DNA from: Octopus sinensis
Taxonomy: Eukaryota
NCBI RefSeq assembly: GCF_006345805.1
Contig: NC_043008.1
Location: 52,204,001-52,268,000, forward strand
Length of the DNA: 64,000 bases
Reading direction: 5' to 3'
Below are positions 46,760 to 57,908 of the stretch, one piece after another; the stretch's first letter is position 1; each line of letters opens with the position of its first letter. The notes below the pieces were generated by a model that was not told the DNA's origin, did no database searches, and was given only the letters and a program-made list of their open reading frames with translations. A program made the position numbers and the translations under genes.

Positions 46760-48500
46760 CGGGTTGAGGTAGGGATCCACCAAGGTTCAGTCCTCAGCCC
46801 CCTCCTATTTATCATAGTTCTCCAGACAATAACGGAGGAATTCAAGACAGGATGCCCCTCGGAGCTCCTCTATGCTGATGACCTTGCTCTAATTGCTGAG
46901 TCACTATCAGAACTGGAGCAGAAGTTTCAGGTGTGGAAGCAAGGATTAGAATCGAAAGGCCTTAGAGTCAACCTAGCTAAAAAAAAGTCCTAATAAGTAG
47001 GAAGTTAGACAAATCACAAACACCTTCAGGTAGATGGCCCTGCTTGATCTGTAGAAAAGGCGTTGGTAGAAAGTCTATAAGATGTACCCAGTGTAAGCTA
47101 TAGACACATAAGAGGTGCAGCAATGTCAAAGGAAGGCTAATTAGGAAGATAGTTTTTGTATGTGGCAGATGCTCAGGAGTAATAAACACTGAAAATGTGC
47201 AGAGAACAACTTCCGTCACTTTCCAGGGAGAAAAACTAGAAGTAGTTGATAGCATCAATTACCTAGGTGACCAAGTCAGTATTGAGGGTGGGTGTGCTGA
47301 AAGTGTAGCTGCTAGAGTAAGAATAGCCAGGGCAAAGTTCAGAGTGCTCTTACCTCTGCTGGTGACAAAAGGCATCTTGCTCAGAATAAAAGGAAGACTG
47401 TATGACACATGTGTATGAACAGCCATGCTACATGACAGTGAAACATGGGCCGTGACTGCTGAGAACATGCGTAAGCTCGCAAGGAATGAAACCAGTATGC
47501 TCTGATGTATGTGTAATGTCAGTGTGCATACTCGACAGAGCGTAAACGCCTTGAGAGTAAAGTTGAACCTAAGAAGCATCAGTTGTGGTGTGCAAGAGAG
47601 ACGATTGTGCTGGTATGGTCATGTGGCGAGAATGGATGAAGATAGGTGTGTGAAAAAGTGCCACTCCCTAGTGGTTGAGGGAACCTGTGGAAGAGGTAGA
47701 CCCAGGAAGACCTGGGACGAAGTGGTGAAGCACGACCTTCGAACATTAGGCCTCACCGAGGCAATGACTAGTGACCGAGACCTTTGGAAATATGCTGTGC
47801 ATAAGAAGACCCGGCAGGACAAGTGAGTCCATAACCCGTGGCCTTTGCCAGGGATGTAGCCAGCCCACTTATGCATACCTTTCCTTCTTTGGACATAAAA
47901 CTCTGCTTGCGAAGACCTGTTGAGGCAAGTGAAATTGAAATTGAATTCGAAATCGAACCACATCCGACGACTGGCACTCATGCCAACCTCCCTTCATTGG
48001 ATACTAAACTCTGCTTGCGAAGACCTGTTGGGGCAAGTGATATCGAAACTGAACCAAATTCGATGACTGGCACCCGGTCGTTGCCATTGCTGCTGGACTG
48101 ACTCCTGTGCAGATGGCAAGTAAAGAAACACTGTTTTGACCCTGTGCTTGAGGAGACCTATTGAATCAAGTACATCAACGTCAAAAATCAATGAAAATTG
48201 TAGTTGTGATCCCTGTGCTGGTGGCACGTAAAAAGCACCATCCGAACGTGGCCAATGCCAGTACCACCTTAACTGGCTTTTGTGCCGGTGGCACGTAAAA
48301 AGCATCACCTGATTGTAGGTGTTGCCAGCCTCGCCTGGCATGTAAAAAGCACTCACTACACTCACAGAGTGGTTGGTGTTAGGAAGGGCATCCAGCTGTA
48401 GAAACACTGCCAGATCAGACTGGAGCCTGATGCAGCCTTCTGGCTTTCCAGACCCCAGTCGAACCATCTAACCCATGCTAGTATGGAAAACGGTACATGC
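46760..48500 (+). mobile_element. RTE-clade LINE, 3' portion
   Basis: LLYADD, C-terminal domain and 3' UTR repeats. The 3' end joins directly to the PLE fragment without a (GAT)n tail. Confidence 0.9.
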
Positions 48501-49047
48501 CAATTAATTCATGCTGGCCCATATATGAACACAAAAACAGGGAAAATATTCACAAATGCGAATATGAACTGCAAAAGCAGAAATTTAATTTACTGCATCA
48601 AATGCCCAAATTGTGAAGAACTGTATGTTGGCCAAACAGGTAATGCACTTTTAGAATGCTTGCATTTGCATCAACAACAAATTAAAAACCCAGAAGTCCG
48701 CCAAATACCACTGAGTAACCATCTGGCAACATGTGGTTGGAAAACTTTTATGATATTCCCATTTCATAAAATTTACAACCTGAATGAAATTGAGAGAAAA
48801 GGACTTTATTAAGAAATTCAAACCCAAGCTTAACAAACAATGATTGAATTAATCTTATTTGGTGTCTAAAAATCTTATCCCCTATAACCAAAACAAAACC
48901 AAAACAAAAATCTCTAAAAAGTACTGCTATCATCATTTCTAAAAATAAACATTGGAAAATGGTTTGGCAACATTTCTAAAAATAGCCAAACAACTACTAC
49001 TGCTGCCCACAGGAACATATATAAAGGACAATAGACAGCCAATCCCC
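48500..49047 (+). mobile_element. PLE GIY-YIG fragment with Cys/His Zn motif (Neptune-like); 3' end resumes at 50777-50950
   Basis: NCKSRNLIYCIKCPNCEELYVGQTGNAL..CLHLHQQQI...PLSNHLATC. Confidence 0.75.
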
Positions 49048-50776
49048 AGGTGTCGTTCAGACGTGTTCTTTTAAGCTCATGGGGTGAAGACGTTATGCTG
49101 TTGTGAAAATGGCGTTATGCATTCGGTTCTGTTGGGAAATCGGAAAAGTCGGTTTGAGTTTTAAGGATTATTTGTTTTTATTGTTTTTCACTGGAGAATT
49201 TAGTCTGTCTGTTTGAGACAGATGAAGGAAAATGAGTTTTTCCTCGTTAAGAGGAGGAATGAAGGTGACTAAAAGAAGAATGTTCAGCGAGTCGGCCATG
49301 TCGTCTTCCGAAGAAGAGTTAGTGAAGGCGGTGGAAAAAATGGATATAGTACTACAAAAAAGAACATATGCAGGTGCAACAAAGCCAGTGACGAAGGAGG
49401 TAAATTTGGAAAAAATTGCTGGAATGCCAGGATATGACAAAAAGAGTAAATGGAGAAGTGGAATTATTGCTACCAAACAGGAAAAGGAACAAAATGGAAA
49501 GGAAGAAAATAATATACAGAGTCTTAGCAAATGAAAAGAAAATAACATATAATAAGCATGGAAACGATAGAGGAAGCCTTAAGAACAACAGAAGAAGAAA
49601 TAGTATTCCTCACAAGAGGAAATAAGTATGCCACAGTAGTGGTACAGTATAAAAAGGAGGAAACAGCGAGAAGAATGGCTGTAAAGACGATAAAAAATGA
49701 AAAAAATAACACTTCTACCCACGTATCTGGGGAGAAGAACATCAAGAATTAGGGTGGACAGGATTCCACTGGATATCGAAGCAGAATTGTTAGTAGCAGC
49801 GGTTATCTGCGGTAACTAAGATAAGGTTGACATAGTCCAAGTGACTATAATAGAGGATAAAGGATGGAGAGGCACGACCCTGGAAATGAGCGTCCAAGCA
49901 GAAATGGGAATCCTACAAAATTTGGCAGAGTCGATTATGACAAATGATATAAAGATGAAAGTATGGGTGGAGGGAAGAGCCCCTCGATGTTATAAATGTG
50001 GCCTGAAGGGCCACATAAGAGCAAACTGCAATTCAACAGAAAAAGAGATAAATAAAGAAACAGCAGTGGAAACGGTAGCACCCCAGAAGGATCAGAAAGA
50101 AACACAAGAAAAAGAGAGTCAAGTGAAGGAAGACGGAAAAGAGTGGGAAACCTCAGGAAAAGGAAAACAGCAGAAAAGAAAAAAAGGCAAATAACTGTGA
50201 AGCCCAACCCAACCCAGCACCACCCTCACCATTTGTGGCTCACTCCATCCACACAGACACCAAACCCACCCATTCCCCACCAACAAGAAAACAGAAAACA
50301 TACACACAATTGATAACTCAAAAACCCCGTCCAGAAGAATATTCTTTAGGGATAATAGACAATGAGCAATTACATGAAAGGTTAAAGGACTGGGGAAAGG
50401 CATAAATGCCAGATAGATGGGATGAAGAAATAGAAGAGGTGTTGTCGGAGGAGCAAGTGAAAGAACTTGAAAATGAACTTGGTGATGTGTACGTGTTGCT
50501 TAGGGGAAGACTGGTACAGAAAAAGAGAAATAAACTCTGGAAAATTCATGGGTCAAAATTTGGGGATTTCGTAGATTTTGCAGTAAAATAGGAAAAAGGA
50601 CAAGCAAGTGATATTGGCTGATGGGGCAGTTAACATCACTTTCACCTCTCATCTATCACCCTTTTTTTCCATCCTATCATTCAACTATTTTTTGATGTTT
50701 TGTGTCCCCAATGTGTTGTAATGTCCCATCTATGTATAGTACTTTATGGATAATAAAGAAATCCACAGTTGAAACA
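49048..50776 (+). mobile_element. ORF1-only (gag-like CCHC knuckle) Tx1/L1-like retroposon, frameshifted
   Basis: Fragmented ORF including LLPTYLGRRTSRIRV and VEGRAPRCYKCGLKGHIRANC; no APE or RT sequence; ends AATAAAGAAAT like the Tx1 3' end at 10450; putative TSD CCCC at 49044-49047 and 50777-50780. Confidence 0.6.
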
Positions 50777-50791
50777 CCCCTGTCACAACCT

Positions 50792-50835
50792 GGGACCTTG
50801 AAGACTGCTATAATGCAAGAAAGTATACTAGTCCC
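50792..50835 (+). ncRNA. Minimal type I hammerhead motif with CUA triplet (PLE 3' end)
   Basis: GGGAC-CUUGAAGA-CUGC(UAUAAU)GCAA-GAAA-GUAUAC-UA-GUCCC; 5-bp stem I, perfect palindrome AGUAUACU, one extra U in the core. Confidence 0.55.
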
Positions 50836-51032
50836 TTAATATTTGATATTCAATATTTCATCTATTCAATAAGACAATCAATACTTCATTTCATTTTACT
50901 ATATATATATTATTTATACTATATATTCTATATTCTACATTAATATTATAAAGAATATAAATGAAATATAAAAAACAAAGTTGGAATTCCTTTGAATAAT
51001 ACTTATCCCTCTATACACAATCATACAAACCC

Positions 51033-51095
<63 letters not shown>

Positions 51096-51396
51096 AAACA
51101 CGGAGTAAATGAAACAGAGACAAATGAAGAAGGGGAATATTCCTTATGTTGTATGTCTCGTTTCTCTATTTTTTTCATTGTTCGAAAAAAGTTCGTTTCT
51201 ATGTTTTTGTGTTTGTTTTTGTTTCTCATTGTGTTCAACGTATTTTTTTTTGATGTCCTGTATTCATATATGCATATATATATACATATATATGTAGGTA
51301 TGTACATATATGTATGTATTTATGCATATATTTCTATATTATTTATATTATTATATGATCAAATGCCACACATCCTTTTCCAAGTAAGTTTTATTT

Positions 51397-51455
<59 letters not shown>

Positions 51456-51512
51456 GTTAAAAAAAAAGAATAAAAAAACACAAACTGGGACAAGAACGTA
51501 TATACATACATA

Positions 51513-52318
51513 CCAGCTGATGTACCCTGTAATTCCCGGGAAAGTGGGGCTTATCCTTTGGTTCTGTTCTCATAATTGTTTCCCTAATCCAATAACAACA
51601 ATACAAAGTATGTAGCCTTTAAAACAGATTTTGTGCATTTACAGAGAATACCGAACTGTCTTAGACAGGATCTTGTTTTTAGGACTTCCCAATAAGTTAT
51701 GAATTCCTAAATTGTGAGGTCAGTTATGTAATGACATGAAATTTGTTACCCGATAGTAAAAATTCAAATAAAGTAACCCTGAAAAGGGCTTTAATGCATT
51801 CTCAGAGTATATAGAACCAGGAAGCATGTTACATAACAGGCTAATCAGATATGAGATAATAATAATTCAAAGTAAATAACTCTGAAAAGGGCTTTTGTGC
51901 ATTCCCAGAGAATATTACCTTCAGGGGTGCTAGTGTTGGAATATTCATGAATAAGTCACTAACCAAAATAAGTGAATCTATTGTTTAGGAAAATACTATT
52001 TACTTGTTTAAAGGTAGTATTGGATAAATTGCGAAAACAACTTTAACATTTCAAATAATAAGAAATAAGCATAATCAACTTCATTTTTACCAAATAATTT
52101 AGGAAAATAAATGGGTTATTTCCCTTGGATATATATAAGGATCCATTCCAGGGCCCCTATTATCGATTTTTTTTAACAATTTGAGTATGCCATGAGGTTT
52201 CCAGGCATGAGTTCTACTCATATGTCAAGTTTCATCAAAATCGATAAAACGATGTAGGAGGAGTTAGCTAACAACTCCACAAACACACCCACAGACAGAA
52301 TTTCCCACATATGTAGTA
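51513..52318 (-). mobile_element. Non-autonomous Helitron-like element with an internal direct repeat of about 50 bp
   Basis: 3' CCCGGGAATTACAGGG hairpin plus CTGG|T; 5' TACTACATATGTGGGAAATTCTGTCTGTG...GATTTTGATGAAAC; direct repeat at about 51763-51812 and 51863-51914. Confidence 0.55.
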
Positions 52319-52325
52319 CATACAT

Positions 52326-53260
52326 ACATCATCATCATCATCATCATCATCATTTAACGTCCGCTTTCCATGCTAGCATGGGTTGGACGGTTCAACTGGA
52401 GTCTGGGGAGCCCGAAGGCTGCACCAGGCCAGTCAGATCTGGCAGTGTTTCTACAGCTGGATGCCCTTCCTAACGCCAACCACTCCGAGAGTGTAGTGGG
52501 TGATTTTATGTGCCACTGACACAGGTGCCAGACGAGGCTGGCGAACGGCCACGCTCGGATGGTGTTTTTTATGTGCCACCGACACAGGTGCCAGACGAGG
52601 CTGGCAGACGGCCACGCTCGGATGGTGTTTTTATGTGCCACCGACACAGGTGCCAGATGAGGCTGGCGAACGGCCATGATCGGATGGTGTTTGTTACTTG
52701 CCCACAGCACGGAGGCCAGTCGATGCGGTACTGGCTACGGCCACGTTCGGATGGTTTTCTTGTGTGCCACCGGCACTGGTACCACAAAGATACAAATTCC
52801 ATTGATGTTCATCTATTTTGATTTGGTTTGATTTTCACTTGCCTCAACAGGTCTTCACAAGTGTCACACACTTGCCTCAACAGGTCTTCACAAGTGTCAC
52901 ATACTTGCCTCAACAGGTCTTCACAAGTGTCATAAGAAGGAAGGTATGCACAGGTGGACTGACTATGTCCCAGGTGGACTGACTACGTCCCAGGTAGGGG
53001 CCACGGGTTATGGCCTGACTAGTCTTGCCGGGTCTTTGGATGGTGTTTTTATGTGCCACCAACACAGGTGCCAGATGAGGCTGGCGAACGGCCACGATCG
53101 GATGGTGTTTGTTACGTGCCCACAGCATGGAGGCCAGTCGATGTGGTACTGGCTACCGCCACGTTCGGATGGTTTTCTTGTGTGCCACCGGCATTGGTAC
53201 CACAAAGATACAAATTCCATTGATGTTCATCTATTTCGATTTGTTTTGATTTGATTTATA
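52326..53260 (-). mobile_element. Rearranged RTE 3' UTR-only copy with two blocks of tandem units of about 62 bp
   Basis: (GAT)n tail at 52326-52352; repeat blocks 52497-52800 and 53035-53230; 3x33-bp and 2x20-bp local duplications between them. Confidence 0.85.
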
Positions 53261-53272
53261 ATCAAATCATAC

Positions 53273-53346
<74 letters not shown>

Positions 53347-53899
53347 ATATACATGGAAAGAAATAAAAACTGTAAATACTCAGATGATGAACACCCATGT
53401 CCAAGATTATAAATATTTATATATTTGCAAACTAAATTTACATGGAAATGAAAGGGATAATGCATTGTTTTTAAGTCCAACGTCCGCTTCTTGGAGTTCA
53501 GAAATATGTAATATTTGCAATGCTTGCGATTAACAGATAGGGTGTGCAAAAAGTAAAGAATATGCAACCAGTAGATGGATGCAAAGTGTGAGCAAGGGGT
53601 GGGGGAGAGAATAGTGGCATTATTGCCAGCTGATGCATGAAGCTGACTTCCTTCATTATTGGGACAAGATTGGTAAACTGTAGTTCACATTTTGTTGCAA
53701 GAAAATTTAAGCGTAGAATATATGTGTGTATATATTGCTTGCTTCCAATGTTATCCAGCCAAACTGGCGCATAATGGGAAAATACTATGAAATAAGTTAT
53801 CCTGAAATGTAAATATGAATGGAATAGAACAAAATTTGCATAAATCGAACAAGTGGTTGTGAAGATATTAGGGGTTTTCAGAGTACTTTGAAAATTCGG

Positions 53900-54800
53900 C
53901 TTTAGGATCAATACCACTAAAACCAATCCTATGGCTGCGATATGTTGATGACCCCATCATACTCTGGCCCCCACCAGGAAGATGTCCAAGTGCTGTTAGA
54001 TCATGTGAACTCAATAAAGCCATCCATACAGTTCGCAATGGAAAAAGAGAAAGACAATCAGCTAGCATTCCTGCACATATTAATAACATGTACCAAGTAT
54101 GGATTCAGGACATCCGTATACTGCAAGCCGACCTTCACTGGACGATACCTCAACTTCAAATCCCACCATCCATACAGTGTAAAGAGAGGGATTGCTCAGT
54201 GACTAAAACATCGAGCAATGAATATAAGTAGCGATCGTGATACCCACCACGAAGAAATGATCAAGCTCAGTAACAATCTAATGAGCAACAATTACCCCCA
54301 AAGCATACTCTCCACTCCAATTATGAACAAAAGAAAGGATGAAACTGATAAACTGTACACATCTGTCTACCCTTTGTAAAAGGCCTCTCCAAAAAGATAC
54401 AAAAGATATGCAGCCCATATGGCATCAGGACAGTATTCAAGAGTAATACAACACTTTGCAAATATCTCCTTCGAGTAAAACCACCAATAGAAGAGAATAT
54501 GACTAAGAACTGTGGTAGGTTATACAAAGATGAAACATGCCACCCCCTCAAAATAAGGGTAGAGGAACATCACAAAGCTGTGACATGGGGAGATATTGAT
54601 AAATTGGGTAAAGCTGATTATGTATGGAAAAATGGAGCCCACCTCCCCCTATGGGATGAAGTTAAAATAATAGACAGAGAACAACACTGGAAAATTCGAA
54701 AACTAAAAGAAGCAGCACATATGCTAGGACACAACCTCCTAATCAGACGAGTGCAGATATGAACAGCATAGGGGAACCAGTATTAAGGAAGGATGGGAGA
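53900..54800 (+). mobile_element. Penelope/Poseidon-type PLE, 3' portion (RT C-half plus GIY-YIG remnant), degenerate
   Basis: WLRYVDD (53941), HVNSIKPSIQF.ME.E.DN.L.FL, VY.KPT.T.RYLNF.SHHP, LK.RV.EH...WDEVKIIDRE..W..RKLKEA. Confidence 0.85.
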
Positions 54801-54837
54801 ATATTAGATTTATAAGCCCTAAAATTCACTCCATAAT

Positions 54838-55100
54838 TGCCCCCAAGCATATGGCATAGTGGTTAAGTGTGCAGGCTACTAACCCCAAGATTTCAAGTTC
54901 GATTCCAGGCAGTGACCTGAATAATAAAAATAATAATAATAATAATAATTGTAATAATATTAATGAGAACCTAGATTCGAAATTTCCCCAAGACACTAGA
55001 TAAAAGCTGGAGGGTATATCAGTCAAGACATTATGTTAACAACAAACAAGATGAGGAGAAATATCTGTCAATTGTAAATAAAGTAAATCATGTATATAAT
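54838..55100 (+). mobile_element. tRNA-headed SINE family D
   Basis: A box TGGCATAGTGG, B box AGTTCGATTCC, (AAT)n spacer and non-tRNA tail. Confidence 0.7.
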
Positions 55101-55679
55101 TTGATCACTTAACATTCCTCTCTCTCTCTCATTTTCTTTCTCTCTACCTCTCACTTTAACAAATACTTTAGCCATGTTATTCCCCTCTTTATGTCATTAT
55201 CATCTCTCTCTTTCTCTTCATCTCTCACTTCCAGTAACCACATGACAGCTTAATACATCAGCTGCCAATAATTGCAGCTAGATTCTTCTTTCTTTTTCCA
55301 TACAAACATGAAGATTTCAAATAATTAATAATTTTCTGCATACATCATTGAGTACATCAACCCTAAAATTATTTATCCAAATTCTTAAACTCTGAGCAAC
55401 ATTAATGCTTTAGCCATTTTAAAAAGTATTACATTTTTATCCATTTTCATGTGTCAACATTGGTTGGAAAAGTTCTTGAAAATTTCAATAATGACATGTG
55501 ATTGACTGGAGATATTGATTTTACAGCTGTTTGTCTTTTTTATTGCTGACAACACAACTGTGAATTGAACCACTAAATGTAGAAAATGTCTTTCCCAGGG
55601 ATTGAATAGGAACAATAAAATTTGAGCTCATAATACTGATCTTCACAGTTGAGCATATTAATCTTACAATTATTACATT

Positions 55680-56020
55680 TCCTTGTGTGTGTGTGCACAT
55701 GTGTGTGTGTATGTGCATGCATGTTTGTATGTCTGTGCATGAGTGTGTATGTGTATCAGTATGCGTGTGTAAATGTATGTGTACATGAGTGTGTGTTTGT
55801 ACATGTGTGTGTGCACATGTGTGTGTATGTGTATGCGTGTATGTGTAATGAGTGTGTATGTACACATCTGTGTGTTTGTGTGTGTGGTGCATGAGTGTGT
55901 GTGTGTAAATGTGAGCAAGAGTGTGTGTGTGTGTGGGGGGGGGTACAAGTGTGTGTATATGTGTGTGGGGGGTACAAGTGTGTGTATATGTGTGTGTGTG
56001 TGTGTATGTTTGTGTGTGTA
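55680..56020. repeat. Compound (TG)n/(TATG)n microsatellite
   Basis: Seen directly; it produces spurious His/Thr and Cys/Val ORFs. Confidence 0.95.
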
Positions 56021-56108
56021 AGTGAAAAATATTCCTTAAGGGGTTTAAAAGAGAAAGAAAAGCAAAAAGAGAAAAGAATAAAGAAGAGTTCTAAAGCAAA
56101 AATCTTAC

Positions 56109-56196
56109 ATTTTTCTAAATTCACCTTCTTCAGTCTACAACCTGATGAGCAGTTGCCGACATACTTTACTGGAAGATCTGGATTTTCAACATGTGC
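56109..56196 (-). CDS. Candidate host-gene exon
   Basis: tattttattttag| acceptor, AAT|gtaaga donor, 88 nt open (phase 0 to 1): AHVENPDLPVKYVGNCSSGCRLKKVNLEK. Confidence 0.6.
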
Positions 56197-56894
56197 CTAA
56201 AATAAAATAGTTCAACAAAGTTAACAACAGTATAGTATTTAGAATGGTTTGATGATGATGACAATGATGATAGTAAAGATTATAATCATTATCTTCATGC
56301 TGTTGATGACAATGATAGTAAAACCTTTATAATGTACAGCCAGGACTCTGATTCTCAGTCAAAAATCATTTGAATTAGTCTACACACACACACACACACA
56401 TACGTGTATATACATATATCATAATCATTTAATATCCATATACTATGCTGGCATGAGATTGATGATTTGACTGGATCTAATGCAACCAAGGACTGCATCA
56501 AGCTCCAATGTCTGTTTTACACAGTCTTTCAAGCTGGGCACCCTTCCCAACACCAACCCCTTCAAAGCTTAAACTGGGTGCTTTTTAAATATCGCCTGGA
56601 CTATTGACATCTCCATGAAGTGCACAGAACTACAAGTCCTAGGACAGATGTAACAGGGGCAGTTTCATGCTTGGAGCTGAAGTTGATCACTATGATGAAG
56701 GGGCCGAACAGGCATGCGTGTCTGGGGTAGTTTACTTTCCATTCACATGGTTTCAGGTTCAGTCCTACTATAAGGCACCTTGGACAAGTGACTTCTACTA
56801 TAGCCTCAAACTGACCAAAGCCGTGTGTGTGAATTTGGTAGGTGGAAGTACTGCCGTGTGTATATGCATATGAGAAAGATATAAATATATGTAT

Positions 56895-57620
56895 ATGTAG
56901 GAGAGTTCACGAAAAAAACAAAAGACGAAGACAGGTAGTGTACAAAACAAACAGATGTATTAGTATAATGCTCAGGAATAGAAAAAGTCTTTTATGTTTC
57001 GAAAGGGACACAGAAAAAAAAAAGGAGAGAAAAAAGTGTGTGTAGTGGCTACCGATTTATCATGGTGACTGCCAGACAGTAGGATCACACAGGAGAGTGA
57101 AGAAGTAGGGGAGATAACAAAGTAAAGATGACCCCCCCAACACGAAGGTGCGTGTGTGTATAAGAGAGTATGTATGTGCATGTGAAAGAGGGCTGGTGGC
57201 CTGGACGTATGCATGTATGCATGTGTAGGTGTGAAAATGTGGGGATGGGAATTGGTCAGTGCTGGTGTGTGGGTGGTGTGTTGTGATGTGATGTGTAATG
57301 CTGTATGGTGTAGTGTGGTGTGATGTTGTTGGGAGGTGGGGGAGGTGAAAGTGGGGAATGCACGGGTGGGGTGTGGGTTCGGCTGGGTGTTGAGGTAGAG
57401 GTGGGATTTGTGGGTAGGCAGAGGGTGGGGGGTAGAGGTGAGGTATGTGGGAGAGGGTGTAGGGGATAGGATGGGGGGATGGGAAGGATAGGAAAGGTGG
57501 AGTAGGAATGTGTAGGGGTGGGGTGGGCTTATGGGGGAGGTTTGACGATGAAGGGGGAAGGGGAATATGTGAGGAGAGAGAGTAAGAGAGAAAAGAGAAA
57601 GAGAAGGATATAAATATCCT
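56895..57620 (-). mobile_element. Family H repeat (hammerhead core deleted) with an upstream G-rich (plus strand) tract
   Basis: Homologous to 15420-15645 but lacks AGCCTACGCTCTTCAACAG at about 57001. Confidence 0.65.
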
Positions 57621-57650
57621 TTTCTTTTTACTTGTTTGTCATTTGACTGT

Positions 57651-57750
57651 NNNNNNNNNNNNNNNNNNNNNNNNNNNNNNNNNNNNNNNNNNNNNNNNNN
57701 NNNNNNNNNNNNNNNNNNNNNNNNNNNNNNNNNNNNNNNNNNNNNNNNNN
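57651..57750. other. Assembly gap (100 N)
   Basis: Run of N. Confidence 1.
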
Positions 57751-57829
57751 CTCAGAACATAAAGACAGAAGAAATGCTGCTAAGCATTTTGTCTGGAATG
57801 CTAACAATTCTGCTAGCCCACTGCCTTAC

Positions 57830-57908
57830 ATATTTGGCTATATTGACTAAAGAATATTGCCAATGGTGAATAAAAAAATATTATATTTGGTAATATCCAA
57901 CCAAGCAC
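57830..57908 (-). CDS. Candidate host-gene exon (weak)
   Basis: Pyrimidine tract plus aacag| acceptor, 79 nt open: VLGWILPNIIFFYSPLAIFFSQYSQI. The donor gtaagg overlaps a SINE B head, so it may be fortuitous. Confidence 0.3.

Noticed and set aside
52497-53230. CRISPR-like array of repeats of about 62 bp
   Set aside because: The units are contiguous with no unique spacers, there are no cas genes, and the array is the 3' UTR of RTE LINEs present many times in the window.
53498-53926. 142-aa minus-strand ORF as a gene or exon
   Set aside because: It has a plausible acceptor but no strong donor before the stop, and its 5' part overlaps the PLE junction.
54992-55037. Possible hammerhead in the tail of tRNA-headed SINE D
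   Set aside because: A stem II-like GCTG/CAGT and a possible stem I are present, but both core strands are corrupted (CTAGATAA, AAGAC). It cannot be supported from this copy; check the family consensus.
56140-56165. CTGATGAGCAGTTGC hammerhead-like start
   Set aside because: No GAAA follows, and it lies antisense within a candidate coding exon.
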